Below, in pieces: positions 17,267-26,500 of a DNA stretch of 30,616 bases (its first letter is position 1; the number at the start of each line of letters is the position of its first letter). Under the pieces are notes generated by a model, which was given only the letters and a program-made list of their open reading frames with translations, was not told where the DNA came from and did not search any database. Both the position numbers and the translations under genes were made by a program. This stretch comes from a virus (Duplodnaviria; Caudoviricetes): the IMG/VR virus record IMGVR_UViG_3300011335_000420, positions 1 to 30,616 of that record. One strand, given 5' to 3'.

Positions 17267-18829
17267 ATGCAAATCGTAGATGATAAGTTGTTGGTTGTAC
17301 GTACCCGTAGACCGCACCTAGTAACAGAGAAGATTAAGCGTAGTAAAGTTGTACAAGTCTTAGTCGATGGGCTACATGACGTAGCTGTGTACTGGGGGTT
17401 AAAGGAAGCACAAGACTTAGCCGGTCTAAAGATTAAGAACGTACCGTCTACGATTAACCGTGACTACGAATACCCCGGTCAGTTTAAACCCTTTGCACAT
17501 CAGAAAGAAACAGCAGCGTTCCTAACACTACGTAAGAGAGCATTCTGTTTCAACGAGCAAGGTACAGGTAAGACAGCAGCAGTTATATGGGCGGCTGATT
17601 ATCTAATGAAGCTAGGTCTTATTCGTCGTGTACTTATTATTGCACCGCTATCTATCTTGAAGTCAGCATGGCAACAAGACTTATTCCGTTTTGCTGTACA
17701 CCGTAGCTGCGACATAGCCTATGGTAAACGTGACATACGTAAAGAAATTATTAGAGGTGACGCTGAGTTTGTAATCATTAACTTTGATGGTCTTGACATT
17801 GTTAAGGACGACATCATAGAAGATGGTAGGTTTGATCTGATCGTAGCTGATGAAGCTTCTGCGTACAAGAACATGCAGACTAATCGTTGGAAAGCATTGA
17901 AGTCCACAATAACACCTGATACATGGTTATGGATGTTGACAGGTACACCGGCTGCACAGTCACCAGTAGATGCGTATGGTCTGGCTAAGTTAGTTAACCC
18001 TGATGGTATCCCTAAGTTCTTTGGTCAATTCCGTGACAAGGTAATGGAGAAGGTTGGTCAGTTCCGTTGGGTTCCACGTCCTAACGCTGAAGTGATTGTA
18101 CATAATGCACTGCAACCTGCTATTCGTTTTGAGAAAGCACAATGCCTAGACTTACCAGATGTTACTTTTGTAGAACGTGAAGCACCACTCACACCACAGC
18201 AGAAGATGTACTACAAGACTCTAAAAGACTTGATGGTTATGGACGCGGCAGGTGAAGAGGTTACAGCTATTAACGCAGCGGTAAAGATTAATAAGTTGTT
18301 ACAGATATCCGGTGGTGCAGTTTACTCAGATACAAAAGAAGTTATCGAGTTTGATGTTAGCAATAGATTAAATGCAGTTCAAGAAGTTATCGAAGAGTCA
18401 AGTCATAAGGTGTTAGTGTTCGTGCCTTTTTCCCATACAATTCAACTACTTAAAGAACATCTAACTAAATCAGATATCAAAGCCGAGATCATTAGCGGTC
18501 AAGTTCCTGTTAATCAACGCAACGACATCATCAAGCGTTTCCAAGAACAGCAAGACCCTAAGGTATTAATTATTCAACCGCAAGCTGCATCGCATGGCTT
18601 GACACTAACCGCAGCGGATACGATAATATGGTACGCACCTGTCACCTCAGTAGAAACATACTTGCAAGCTAATGCCCGTATCAATAGACCGGGGCAAAAA
18701 CATCCTATGACTATCGTACATATTAAAGGTAGTGAAGTAGAAGCAAGAATGTACAGTATGTTGCGTAACAACATTAAGAATCACAATCGAATCATCGAAC
18801 TCTATAAACAAGAATTATCGGAAAAGTAG
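17267..18829 (+). CDS. SNF2-family SF2 helicase
   Basis: PFAHQ, QGTGKT, DEAS, LTGTP, HGLTL, QANARINRPGQ. Confidence 0.93.
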   Translation: MQIVDDKLLVVRTRRPHLVTEKIKRSKVVQVLVDGLHDVAVYWGLKEAQDLAGLKIKNVPSTINRDYEYPGQFKPFAHQKETAAFLTLRKRAFCFNEQGTGKTAAVIWAADYLMKLGLIRRVLIIAPLSILKSAWQQDLFRFAVHRSCDIAYGKRDIRKEIIRGDAEFVIINFDGLDIVKDDIIEDGRFDLIVADEASAYKNMQTNRWKALKSTITPDTWLWMLTGTPAAQSPVDAYGLAKLVNPDGIPKFFGQFRDKVMEKVGQFRWVPRPNAEVIVHNALQPAIRFEKAQCLDLPDVTFVEREAPLTPQQKMYYKTLKDLMVMDAAGEEVTAINAAVKINKLLQISGGAVYSDTKEVIEFDVSNRLNAVQEVIEESSHKVLVFVPFSHTIQLLKEHLTKSDIKAEIISGQVPVNQRNDIIKRFQEQQDPKVLIIQPQAASHGLTLTAADTIIWYAPVTSVETYLQANARINRPGQKHPMTIVHIKGSEVEARMYSMLRNNIKNHNRIIELYKQELSEK

Positions 18830-18830
18830 A

Positions 18831-18860
18831 TTGCATTGTAAGAAAATAGTGTAATATAGA
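18831..18860 (+). promoter_or_regulatory. Putative promoter for the replication operon containing a TGTAAG site
   Basis: TTGCAT (18831) with TAATAT/TATAGA -10 candidates; TGTAAGAA directly follows the -35. Confidence 0.45.
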
Positions 18861-18865
18861 AGTAC

Positions 18866-19045
18866 CAAGAAGCCTGAGGGTTAGGATGTTGTATTTGTTT
18901 ACGGCATAGCAAAAGCGATGGGAATCCTTTCCCTAGCCCTCAGACTTGTTTGACTAGCCCAGCCGGAGGTGGCGCATATAACACCGGCAGTGGGAGCTAA
19001 GCACCTTCCTTTCGGTCTTTGGCTTTGCCCGTTTAGTGATCCCAC
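18866..19045 (+). ncRNA. Structured leader RNA (three stem domains)
   Basis: 18874-18885 pairs with 18932-18943 (inner 18886-18907); 18962-18988 hairpin; 18990-19045 hairpin. Confidence 0.6.
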
Positions 19046-19067
19046 ACTTACAATAAAAGGAGCTAAT

Positions 19068-19466
19068 ATGGAAGATGAAATACCCGCAGATAGATTAGTG
19101 AAAGCGTATATAAAAATACGTGATGCTAAGTCAGAATTAGTAAAGCAGCACGAAGCAGAGTTGGCTAAGTTAGAAGAGCAAATGGATGTACTGTCTAAGA
19201 AGATGCTAGATATTTGCAAAGATAATGGAGCTGATTCAATCAAGACTAATGCAGGTACTATTATGCGTAGTGTGTCCACAAGATACATGACCAATGACTG
19301 GGATAGCCTGTATAAGTTTATTAAGGAACATGATGCAATTGGGTTACTCGCAAAGTTTATCCATCAAGGCAACATGAAGCAGTTCATCGAAGAAAACCCC
19401 GATGTGTTCCCACCCGGCATGTTAGTTGACAGCCAATATAAAATCGTTGTGAGGAGAAGTAAATGA
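19068..19466 (+). CDS. Conserved phage replication-region protein (132 aa)
   Basis: Start reassigned after AAAAGGAGCTAA; LVKAYIKIRD coiled coil, SIKT.AGT, DWDSLY.FI. Confidence 0.85.
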   Translation: MEDEIPADRLVKAYIKIRDAKSELVKQHEAELAKLEEQMDVLSKKMLDICKDNGADSIKTNAGTIMRSVSTRYMTNDWDSLYKFIKEHDAIGLLAKFIHQGNMKQFIEENPDVFPPGMLVDSQYKIVVRRSK

Positions 19467-20365
19467 GCGAAGTCTCTATTTTTAAGAACCGTGCAGTTGT
19501 AGTAGGCGGTAAGAAAGCACCTAGTGCCTTAACCCAATCGCTGATGAAAGCGAACTCGGGTAGCCGCATCCCACGTATTTCACCACGTAACGGTATGTTC
19601 AAGCGTATTGTTAATGGCGAAGATGTAGGTAAGTTGAAGAGTCCTTTACGTGTAGTTATTGTGGGTGTAGCACCTGCGACTGCACAGCGTACGTTCTACG
19701 CTAAGACATGGGATCCAAATGCTGAAGCAGCTCCACCAGATTGCTGGACTAACGATGGTCAAAAGCCTGATGCTAGTATCAAAGCACCTCAAGGTAAGAA
19801 CTGTGAGACATGCCCACAGAACGTAAAAGGTTCAGGTCAAGGTGATACTAAGGCTTGCCGTTTCAAACGTCGTATTGCTGTGATATTGCCAGAGGAAACT
19901 GAAGGTAATAATAGCGGTCAGGTGTATCAGTTTGAAGCAGCATCTAAGTCTATCTTCGGTAAGGGCAACAACCATGTGTTCCCACTGAATGCTTATATCG
20001 ACTACATCATTGCTAACGGTGAAGACATCGATGGTGTTGTTACTGAAATCTCTTTCAATGAGAACAATGACAACCAAAGCGTTCTGTTCCGTGCAGTTGA
20101 TTTTGTAGGTAGCGATCCAGACTTAGCTGAAGTTGTAGCTAAAGCAGTTGAGTCTACCGAAGCACACAAAGCAGTTATGTTGACTGCCGGTGCTATTGAC
20201 AAAGGCGAGACTGAAATCCCTAAAGCTATCGCAGCACCACAGGTAGCCGATGAACCTGAAGAGCCAGTAGCTGCACCTACCAAGCGTGTCAGTAAGAAAG
20301 CTGAAGTAAGTGAAGCACCGAAAGCCAACCTAGCCGATGTGGTTAGTGCTTGGAGCGACGACTAA
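19463..20365 (+). CDS. Putative single-stranded DNA-binding/annealing protein
   Basis: PDCW..DG..PD, C..CPQN.KGS, C+..RR+AV; acidic flexible tail ending WSDD; upstream of the primase. Confidence 0.6.
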   Translation: MSEVSIFKNRAVVVGGKKAPSALTQSLMKANSGSRIPRISPRNGMFKRIVNGEDVGKLKSPLRVVIVGVAPATAQRTFYAKTWDPNAEAAPPDCWTNDGQKPDASIKAPQGKNCETCPQNVKGSGQGDTKACRFKRRIAVILPEETEGNNSGQVYQFEAASKSIFGKGNNHVFPLNAYIDYIIANGEDIDGVVTEISFNENNDNQSVLFRAVDFVGSDPDLAEVVAKAVESTEAHKAVMLTAGAIDKGETEIPKAIAAPQVADEPEEPVAAPTKRVSKKAEVSEAPKANLADVVSAWSDD

Positions 20366-20391
20366 ACTAACTGTCCCGCACGTAGCGGCTT

Positions 20392-20413
20392 GGGGGGCTT
20401 GCCCCCCTTTTTT
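20392..20413 (+). terminator. Rho-independent terminator
   Basis: GGGGGG-CTTG-CCCCCC-TTTTTT. Confidence 0.85.
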
Positions 20414-20427
20414 ACCTCTATAAAAAC

Positions 20428-23289
20428 ATGGCTAACTTTGACCTATTAGATACAGTACTTGCTACCGAAGGGTGGTACGCTGTTGTGGGTATTAAGGAAA
20501 AGTCAGTACTACAAGAATTAGTTCAAACTCGTGAAGAAGTAGACGCATTAGTAGCTAAGTTTCTAGCAGCAGAACGTAACGTATATTTTGGATGTGCCAA
20601 GTACGAGACAGGCGAGAACCGTAAGAAAGAAAATGCTAAGTACTTCAAAGCGTTCTGGATGGACATTGATTGTGGTGCGGACAAAGCAGTACCAGACCCC
20701 ACGACTGGAAAAGTAGACGGCTATATAGACCAAGCTACAGGCTTAGCTGAGCTACAAAGATTTTGCAAAACTATAGGATTACCAAGACCAACATTGGTTA
20801 ACTCAGGACGTGGTATACACGCATACTGGGTGTTGGACGAAGCAATATCAAGAGAAGAATGGGAGCCTGTATCTAATCGAATACACGCACTCTGCGATAT
20901 ACATGACCTGTTAGCAGACCCATCGTGCTTTGAGGCTGCGCGTATCCTGCGTATACCTAACACGTTAAACTTTAAAGATTCACCCCCCTCGAATGTCGAG
21001 GCTATTTCTTTAGGTAAGACCACAAGTCTTGCCCAAATGCGCGAGTTACTAGGTGTGGTGGATGAGCCTAAAAAGCTTTTCACCCCTCGCCCATTACGCC
21101 AACGTAGTGCTTTGACCATGTCCCTTATGGGTAACCGTGTGTCGAAGTTTAAGACAATCATGATTAAGTCAGCACAAGGTCAGGGTTGTCAGCAGTTAGT
21201 GCATTGCTATCAGAACCAAGATTCCATTAGCTATAATCTATGGCGCTCGGCTATGTCGATAGCGGCTTTCTGTGAAGAAGGTGTTAACGCAGCACACAAG
21301 ATGTCTGAGAACTATCCGGGCTATAACCCTGAGGAAGTGGAGACTAAAGTCCATGACCTACAGCGTAACGGTGGTCCTCATTTCTGTGAGACTTTTGAGA
21401 AGGAAAACCCCGGTGGCTGTGATGGCTGCATACACAAGGGCAAGATCAAGACACCTATAGTATTAGGCAAAGAGATTGCACGTGATGAACCAACGGAAGA
21501 AGGTTATGTAGTTGAGGTGGAAGCGGAGGAAGAGGAAGAAGTTGAGGAGTATGTAATCCCTACGTATCCATTCCCATTCTACAGAGGTAAGGCAGGTGGT
21601 ATATACAAGCAAGCTAAGGATGACGATGCTGAAGATGATCTAGTCTATGAGCATGATTTGTATGTAGTTAAGCGTATGAAAGACCCAGAGCTGGGTGAAG
21701 TTGCTTTGATGCGCCTACACTTGCCACGTGACGGTGTTGCTGAGTTTACTGCACCACTTGACCACATCATAGCTAAGGATGACTTACGTAAAATCTTGGC
21801 TAAACGTGGTGTAGCAGGATACCCAAAACAAATGGAACTACTAGCACAGTTTGTACTGGCTAGCATAAAAGAACTACAGCTTGAACGAAAGGCGGAGCTT
21901 ATGAGAACACAGTTTGGATGGGCTGATAATGATAGTAAATTTATTATTGGTGACCGTGAAATAACAGCAGAAGGTATATATTACAGTCCACCTTCATCGC
22001 AGACTACGGCTATAGCACACTACATGACACAAGTTGGTACGCTAGAAGCTTGGAAAGAATGCTTTAACATGTATAATCGACCCGGACTAGAACCAAACGC
22101 GTTTGCTGCGCTGACAGGATTCGGCTCTCCGTTGTTGAAGTTTACAGGGCTGAGTGGCGCTATTGTTAACGTGATCTTCAAGAAATCAGGCTCAGGTAAA
22201 TCTACTACCTTAGCAATGTGTAACAGCATTTATGGGCATCCTAGCAGGTTGATGGCTATGCCTAGGGATACAATGAATGCACGTATGCAGAAGCTAGGTG
22301 TGATGAATAACCTGCCTTTCACGATGGACGAAGTCACTAACATGAAGTCAGACGAGTTCTCGGATTTAGCCTACGCTATGTCCCAAGGAAGAGGTAAGGA
22401 TCGTCAGAAATCGTCCGCCAACGAGCTGCGCCTTAACCTCACTTCTTGGCAAAACTTATCCCTCTCCAGTGCTAATGCCAGCTTCTATGAGAAGTTAGGT
22501 TCCTTAAAGGCTACACCTGACGGTGAGCGTATGCGTTTCATCGAGTACGAGATTGGCTACAGCGATGCTATATCTACCGAAGAAGGTAAGCGTGTATTTG
22601 ACCATGAACTGTTACAAAACTATGGACATGCAGGTGACATCTATGCACAATGGTTAGTAGCTAACAGAGAAGAAGCTATTCGTAACCTCCTTGAAGTACA
22701 AGCTAAGATTGACAAAGAGTTACGTCTTACCCAGCGTGAGCGTTTCTGGTCAGCAGTCGTAGCGTGTAATATTACAGGTGGCTTGATTGCTAAGTCGTTA
22801 GGTTTAATTAACTACGACATGAAAGCAATTTATAAGTGGGCTACTACGATGGTACGTGATGTTCGTGAGGATACTGTTGCTCCAGTTGATGATGCTTCTA
22901 ACATCGTTGGTGACTACATGAACCGCCACTTGCGTAATATCCTAATCGTTAACGGTGAGACAGATGCTAGGACTAAGTTAGCCCCTGCACCACTGCAAGA
23001 ACCATATGGTGAATTAGTTATACGGTATGAGCCAGATACTAAGAAGATGTTTATTGTATCCAAGCACTTTAGAGATGACTGCGTAGAACGTCAGGTTAAC
23101 TACAAGGACACACTAAAGCAGCTTACAGCTCGTGGGGTATATCAGGGAAGCACTACACGTCGCATGACTACAGGCACTAAGATTAAAGGACCGCCTGTTC
23201 ATGTAATGCAGTTTAACTGTGACACCCCAGACTTCATTAGCGTGGATGATTACTTAGATGCGAGTACAGGGAATACCGTATCAGATTAA
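20428..23289 (+). CDS. Primase-helicase: AEP/RepB-type primase, Cys-rich domain, DUF927 helicase
   Basis: WMDIDCG, NSGRGIHAYW, RILRIP; C..F..ENP..C..C.H; QFGW, SGSGKST Walker A, TMDE Walker B, QGRGK.R, NYGHAG. Confidence 0.9.
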   Translation: MANFDLLDTVLATEGWYAVVGIKEKSVLQELVQTREEVDALVAKFLAAERNVYFGCAKYETGENRKKENAKYFKAFWMDIDCGADKAVPDPTTGKVDGYIDQATGLAELQRFCKTIGLPRPTLVNSGRGIHAYWVLDEAISREEWEPVSNRIHALCDIHDLLADPSCFEAARILRIPNTLNFKDSPPSNVEAISLGKTTSLAQMRELLGVVDEPKKLFTPRPLRQRSALTMSLMGNRVSKFKTIMIKSAQGQGCQQLVHCYQNQDSISYNLWRSAMSIAAFCEEGVNAAHKMSENYPGYNPEEVETKVHDLQRNGGPHFCETFEKENPGGCDGCIHKGKIKTPIVLGKEIARDEPTEEGYVVEVEAEEEEEVEEYVIPTYPFPFYRGKAGGIYKQAKDDDAEDDLVYEHDLYVVKRMKDPELGEVALMRLHLPRDGVAEFTAPLDHIIAKDDLRKILAKRGVAGYPKQMELLAQFVLASIKELQLERKAELMRTQFGWADNDSKFIIGDREITAEGIYYSPPSSQTTAIAHYMTQVGTLEAWKECFNMYNRPGLEPNAFAALTGFGSPLLKFTGLSGAIVNVIFKKSGSGKSTTLAMCNSIYGHPSRLMAMPRDTMNARMQKLGVMNNLPFTMDEVTNMKSDEFSDLAYAMSQGRGKDRQKSSANELRLNLTSWQNLSLSSANASFYEKLGSLKATPDGERMRFIEYEIGYSDAISTEEGKRVFDHELLQNYGHAGDIYAQWLVANREEAIRNLLEVQAKIDKELRLTQRERFWSAVVACNITGGLIAKSLGLINYDMKAIYKWATTMVRDVREDTVAPVDDASNIVGDYMNRHLRNILIVNGETDARTKLAPAPLQEPYGELVIRYEPDTKKMFIVSKHFRDDCVERQVNYKDTLKQLTARGVYQGSTTRRMTTGTKIKGPPVHVMQFNCDTPDFISVDDYLDASTGNTVSD

Positions 23290-23452
23290 CTGGAAATCAT
23301 TCAAGCCGGGGACTTCGTTCTTTATCCCTTGCTTGGATACCAAAGCCGCTGAGGAAGAAATAAACTTTGTCGTTGCTCGACTACAAATGAACGTGGTTAT
23401 CAAAGTTGTAATCGAGGGTGGTGTGCAAGGTATGCGCGTTTGGCGAGTTTAG
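23258..23452 (+). CDS. Small conserved protein after the primase-helicase
   Basis: W..F..G.SFFIPCL...G+RVWR motif. Confidence 0.75.
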   Translation: MRVQGIPYQINWKSFKPGTSFFIPCLDTKAAEEEINFVVARLQMNVVIKVVIEGGVQGMRVWRV

Positions 23453-23460
23453 GCTATACT
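23432..23460 (+). promoter_or_regulatory. Candidate promoter for the small RNA
   Basis: TATACT at 23455-23460; weak -35 ATGCGC 17 nt upstream. Confidence 0.45.
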
Positions 23461-23466
23461 ATTTCT

Positions 23467-23547
23467 CAACGGCTTTTAGTTAGCTCCTTTTAGTCGTTTA
23501 TTCTCCTTCACAGAGAACTTCGCCCCCGGTTCGTCCGGGGGTTTTTT
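23467..23547 (+). ncRNA. Predicted anti-RBS small RNA
   Basis: Stem 23468-23474/23492-23498 with loop TTTAGTTAGCTCCTTTT; second element TTATTCTCCTT (23498-23508); then terminator. Both elements are complementary to recurrent phage RBSs. Confidence 0.7.
23522..23547 (+). terminator. Rho-independent terminator at the convergence of replication and late genes
   Basis: GCCCCCGG-TTCGT-CCGGGGGT followed by TTTTT. Confidence 0.9.
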
Positions 23548-26500
23548 ATTTAGACTCTTCTATTTCTTTTGCTAAGTTTCTCTCACTCTTATCTTGCAGT
23601 TTCAGTAAGTTTGCAATCTTCATCTCCATAGTAACGCCACTATTGTTAGTCATAATCAACTTCATACGACGATCAAAAGAACGTTCTATATCTGAAAACT
23701 CAATGGTTAACTCAGGGTTAGGATACATACTGTTAAACCTAACTGCTTTGTCTATCATCTTATCAAACCTATCTTGCCTATCTAACGTAGCAGACCGTTC
23801 AATTTGTTTAAGAATGTCAGATCGCATATTGTCTATCTTCATTTTTTCATTATTAATCAGGAACACATCTTTCTGACGTTCAGCCAAAGCTTTAGTTTTA
23901 TACCCAAGCAATGCTTGCATCAACAGTTGACTATCGGTAAAGTCTTTGGCTTCTTTTATAACTTGCAAGGCTCCGTTACGTTCCCCTTCTTCTTTTTGTC
24001 GCAAGCTAGTAAAGATACCTTTGAACATTGATGGCATACCTTTTTCCAAAGATCTAAGGTAATCACCGTTCTTAGTAGCAGCCTCTGCAGCACTCGCCCA
24101 TGTTTCTGCAAGACCTACTACGGCACCACCAATATTTGCTAGAGTATCTGCAACAGCATGCTTCCAATCACTAGACGTAGTCTCGTCCGCAAACCAGAAG
24201 TCCATAGACATACCTGATGCCATATCGTAGCCGGTTAAATTATCTAAAGTACCGTTAGCTATCCATTCACTTAGAGGTATACCATTAATCTCAGGCTCCC
24301 CAAAAGTTTCTGGCAGCCACACATTCTCAAAATACTTTTTAAAGTTTAATTCCCACAGCGGTACTTCATCATCGTCATCGTTTAAATAACGAATCAAATT
24401 AAGTAAACCTTGTATAGCACCCATGACTACGCTATACATAAACGCTCTGCGTACACCACCAATTAAAACTGAAGTACCAAGAGTCCCCGCAAATGCTTTA
24501 AACGCACCCCACCGTTCTTCCTTAGGTAACTTACTTACCATCTCCCCAAAGTTACGGCATAAAAACTCTATATTAAATACTTGGAATTTATAGTACTGCC
24601 CTGCTATTCGTGCAGGTATACTGCGCATTAATGTAGGAGTATTAGCTGGATCGTAGTTAAACAATGCTTCTTTAGTTACTTCTAAAGCCATAGCAATAGA
24701 CTTGTTAACTCGCACGTCATGGTTAGGCTCACTAGCAAACTTCTTCATAGCTAGGTTAAACGCAGACATATACATAATCTCACGTGATAACCGTTCACCT
24801 AAATGAAATGGCAATGTAATCGTATTTATAGCTGCAGTTGACAACTTACTGATTGCACCATAATTTTCTCTAGCTGTTTTACCACGACCTGTTAAGTCCA
24901 TAGTACGAGTAGCATCCGCTTGACCGCTTTCAGCAAAAGCTCTGAATGCTTTTATAGTGTCAGGGTTACTAAGTACTAATGACGACGAGCCAATAGAAGG
25001 AGCTGTATATATTACGTTACCCTTTGCGTCGTAGTTAGTAATACCAACCTGCCTATACCCATCTTTTGCAAACCGCAACATCTCCACAGTAGTACTACCC
25101 ACACCAAAATACTTCCACATAGTTGGCATACCATGAGTAATAATGCTAGACATCTGGTTAACTGCAGACTTAATTGCAGTCATCTGCCATAAGAAAGCAC
25201 TCTTAGTAGCAAACCGAGCCGCCTTCTCCCATCCATTATCAGACTCTGGTGGGTTAAGTTCTTCTTCAGCACGTTTCGCAATATGTCTAATGATCTGCTC
25301 TAGTCGTAATTTGTTGGGGTGCGCACGCACAGAATCCCTTGCCGCACTAATACCATTGCGTATCGTCGGACCATACTTAAGGTTAGACAACTGATTTGCA
25401 AAGCGGTTACCCATCACGATAAAGTCACGCATAGCATCTTTATTGAAACCAGCTATTTCTTCACGTGGTAAGAACTGTTTGCGGAACGTACCCTCTGGCA
25501 TAGCCAGCAAGTGCATAGAGAAGATATCTTTCTTTATGGATTCCTTAGTAGCTGCATCTGCTGCTGTCATGCCATCAACCATAGTAAATAACTTCTTCAT
25601 TATTTCACTAGAATCTTTAGCTTCTTCATCCATAAGCTCTTGCAGGTTATCACCATAGTTTATAAAACCATCGTCCAGCATCTTCTCTTTGGTTCTGGTA
25701 TCGCCTAGCTTACGCTGCTCTTTAATAAACTCATCTATATAGTCCTCACGTATTGTTGCGCTGTCGTCCATAATAAATATGCGACTATCGCCTGTACCCA
25801 AACGTGCCCAGTGGTCACCATAACGCATCAATGGGAAGAACGGGGCTAACTTAGCACCTGTCTCATACATCTTTTTTATCTCATCCATAAGCATCTGCTT
25901 GGATGTATTGCTTAGGTTTGCATTATTAATACGCTGGTTAAGTAACGCACGATATAAGTTGTAGTTGTTTATGTAGAAATCACGAACGTCCGCATACAAC
26001 GTCTTAGCTTTAGGAGACAGTAATTTCCACGTAGCGTCTAAGCTTGTATTCCCTGTCGGTCCAAGTGATGGATCCTTTTGAGACATTGTAGATATATGCA
26101 TAACAGAAGACAAACGCTCTGCATCACGTGTTTTTAACTTGCTCCAGTTACGGGCTAAGGTATCAACTATACGAAGAGTACGGTTTCTAAACTGATTCTT
26201 TTCATCTATGCCGTTCTTAATGTCATTAATTGCGTTAACCCCTACACCTAGTTCTTTGGCAATACGGTACAAGCGATCCGTAGGAGAAGCATTAAGCATT
26301 ATGTCTAACTTGTTTAGCGGTAGCTTTTCAAAGTTAGCTTTTATGTAGGTAATCCAGAGGCTAGGATCACGAGCCACAGCAAGCAACGACCCCAAAGCTT
26401 TACGTCTTTCGTCTGGAGTTTTAGTCGCAAAGTACCTCTCCTTAGCTTCTCTTACTGTTAGTATCCTTTTCTTTGCGTACTTAATAAGATTTTCTTTTTC

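Noticed and set aside
18950-19030. Superficial similarity to a ZTP riboswitch (GACTAGC...AGGTGG...CACCGG)
   Set aside because: The GGCG/CGCC pseudoknot arrangement and conserved P3 are not evident, and the downstream gene is not purine or folate related. A cmscan would settle it.
23467-23520. Minus-strand reading as RBSs for a gene, or as a CsrA sponge
   Set aside because: Only a ~6-codon ORF follows on the - strand, and the stem G-U pair, -10 box and U-tract all favour the + strand. A sponge role is not fully excluded.
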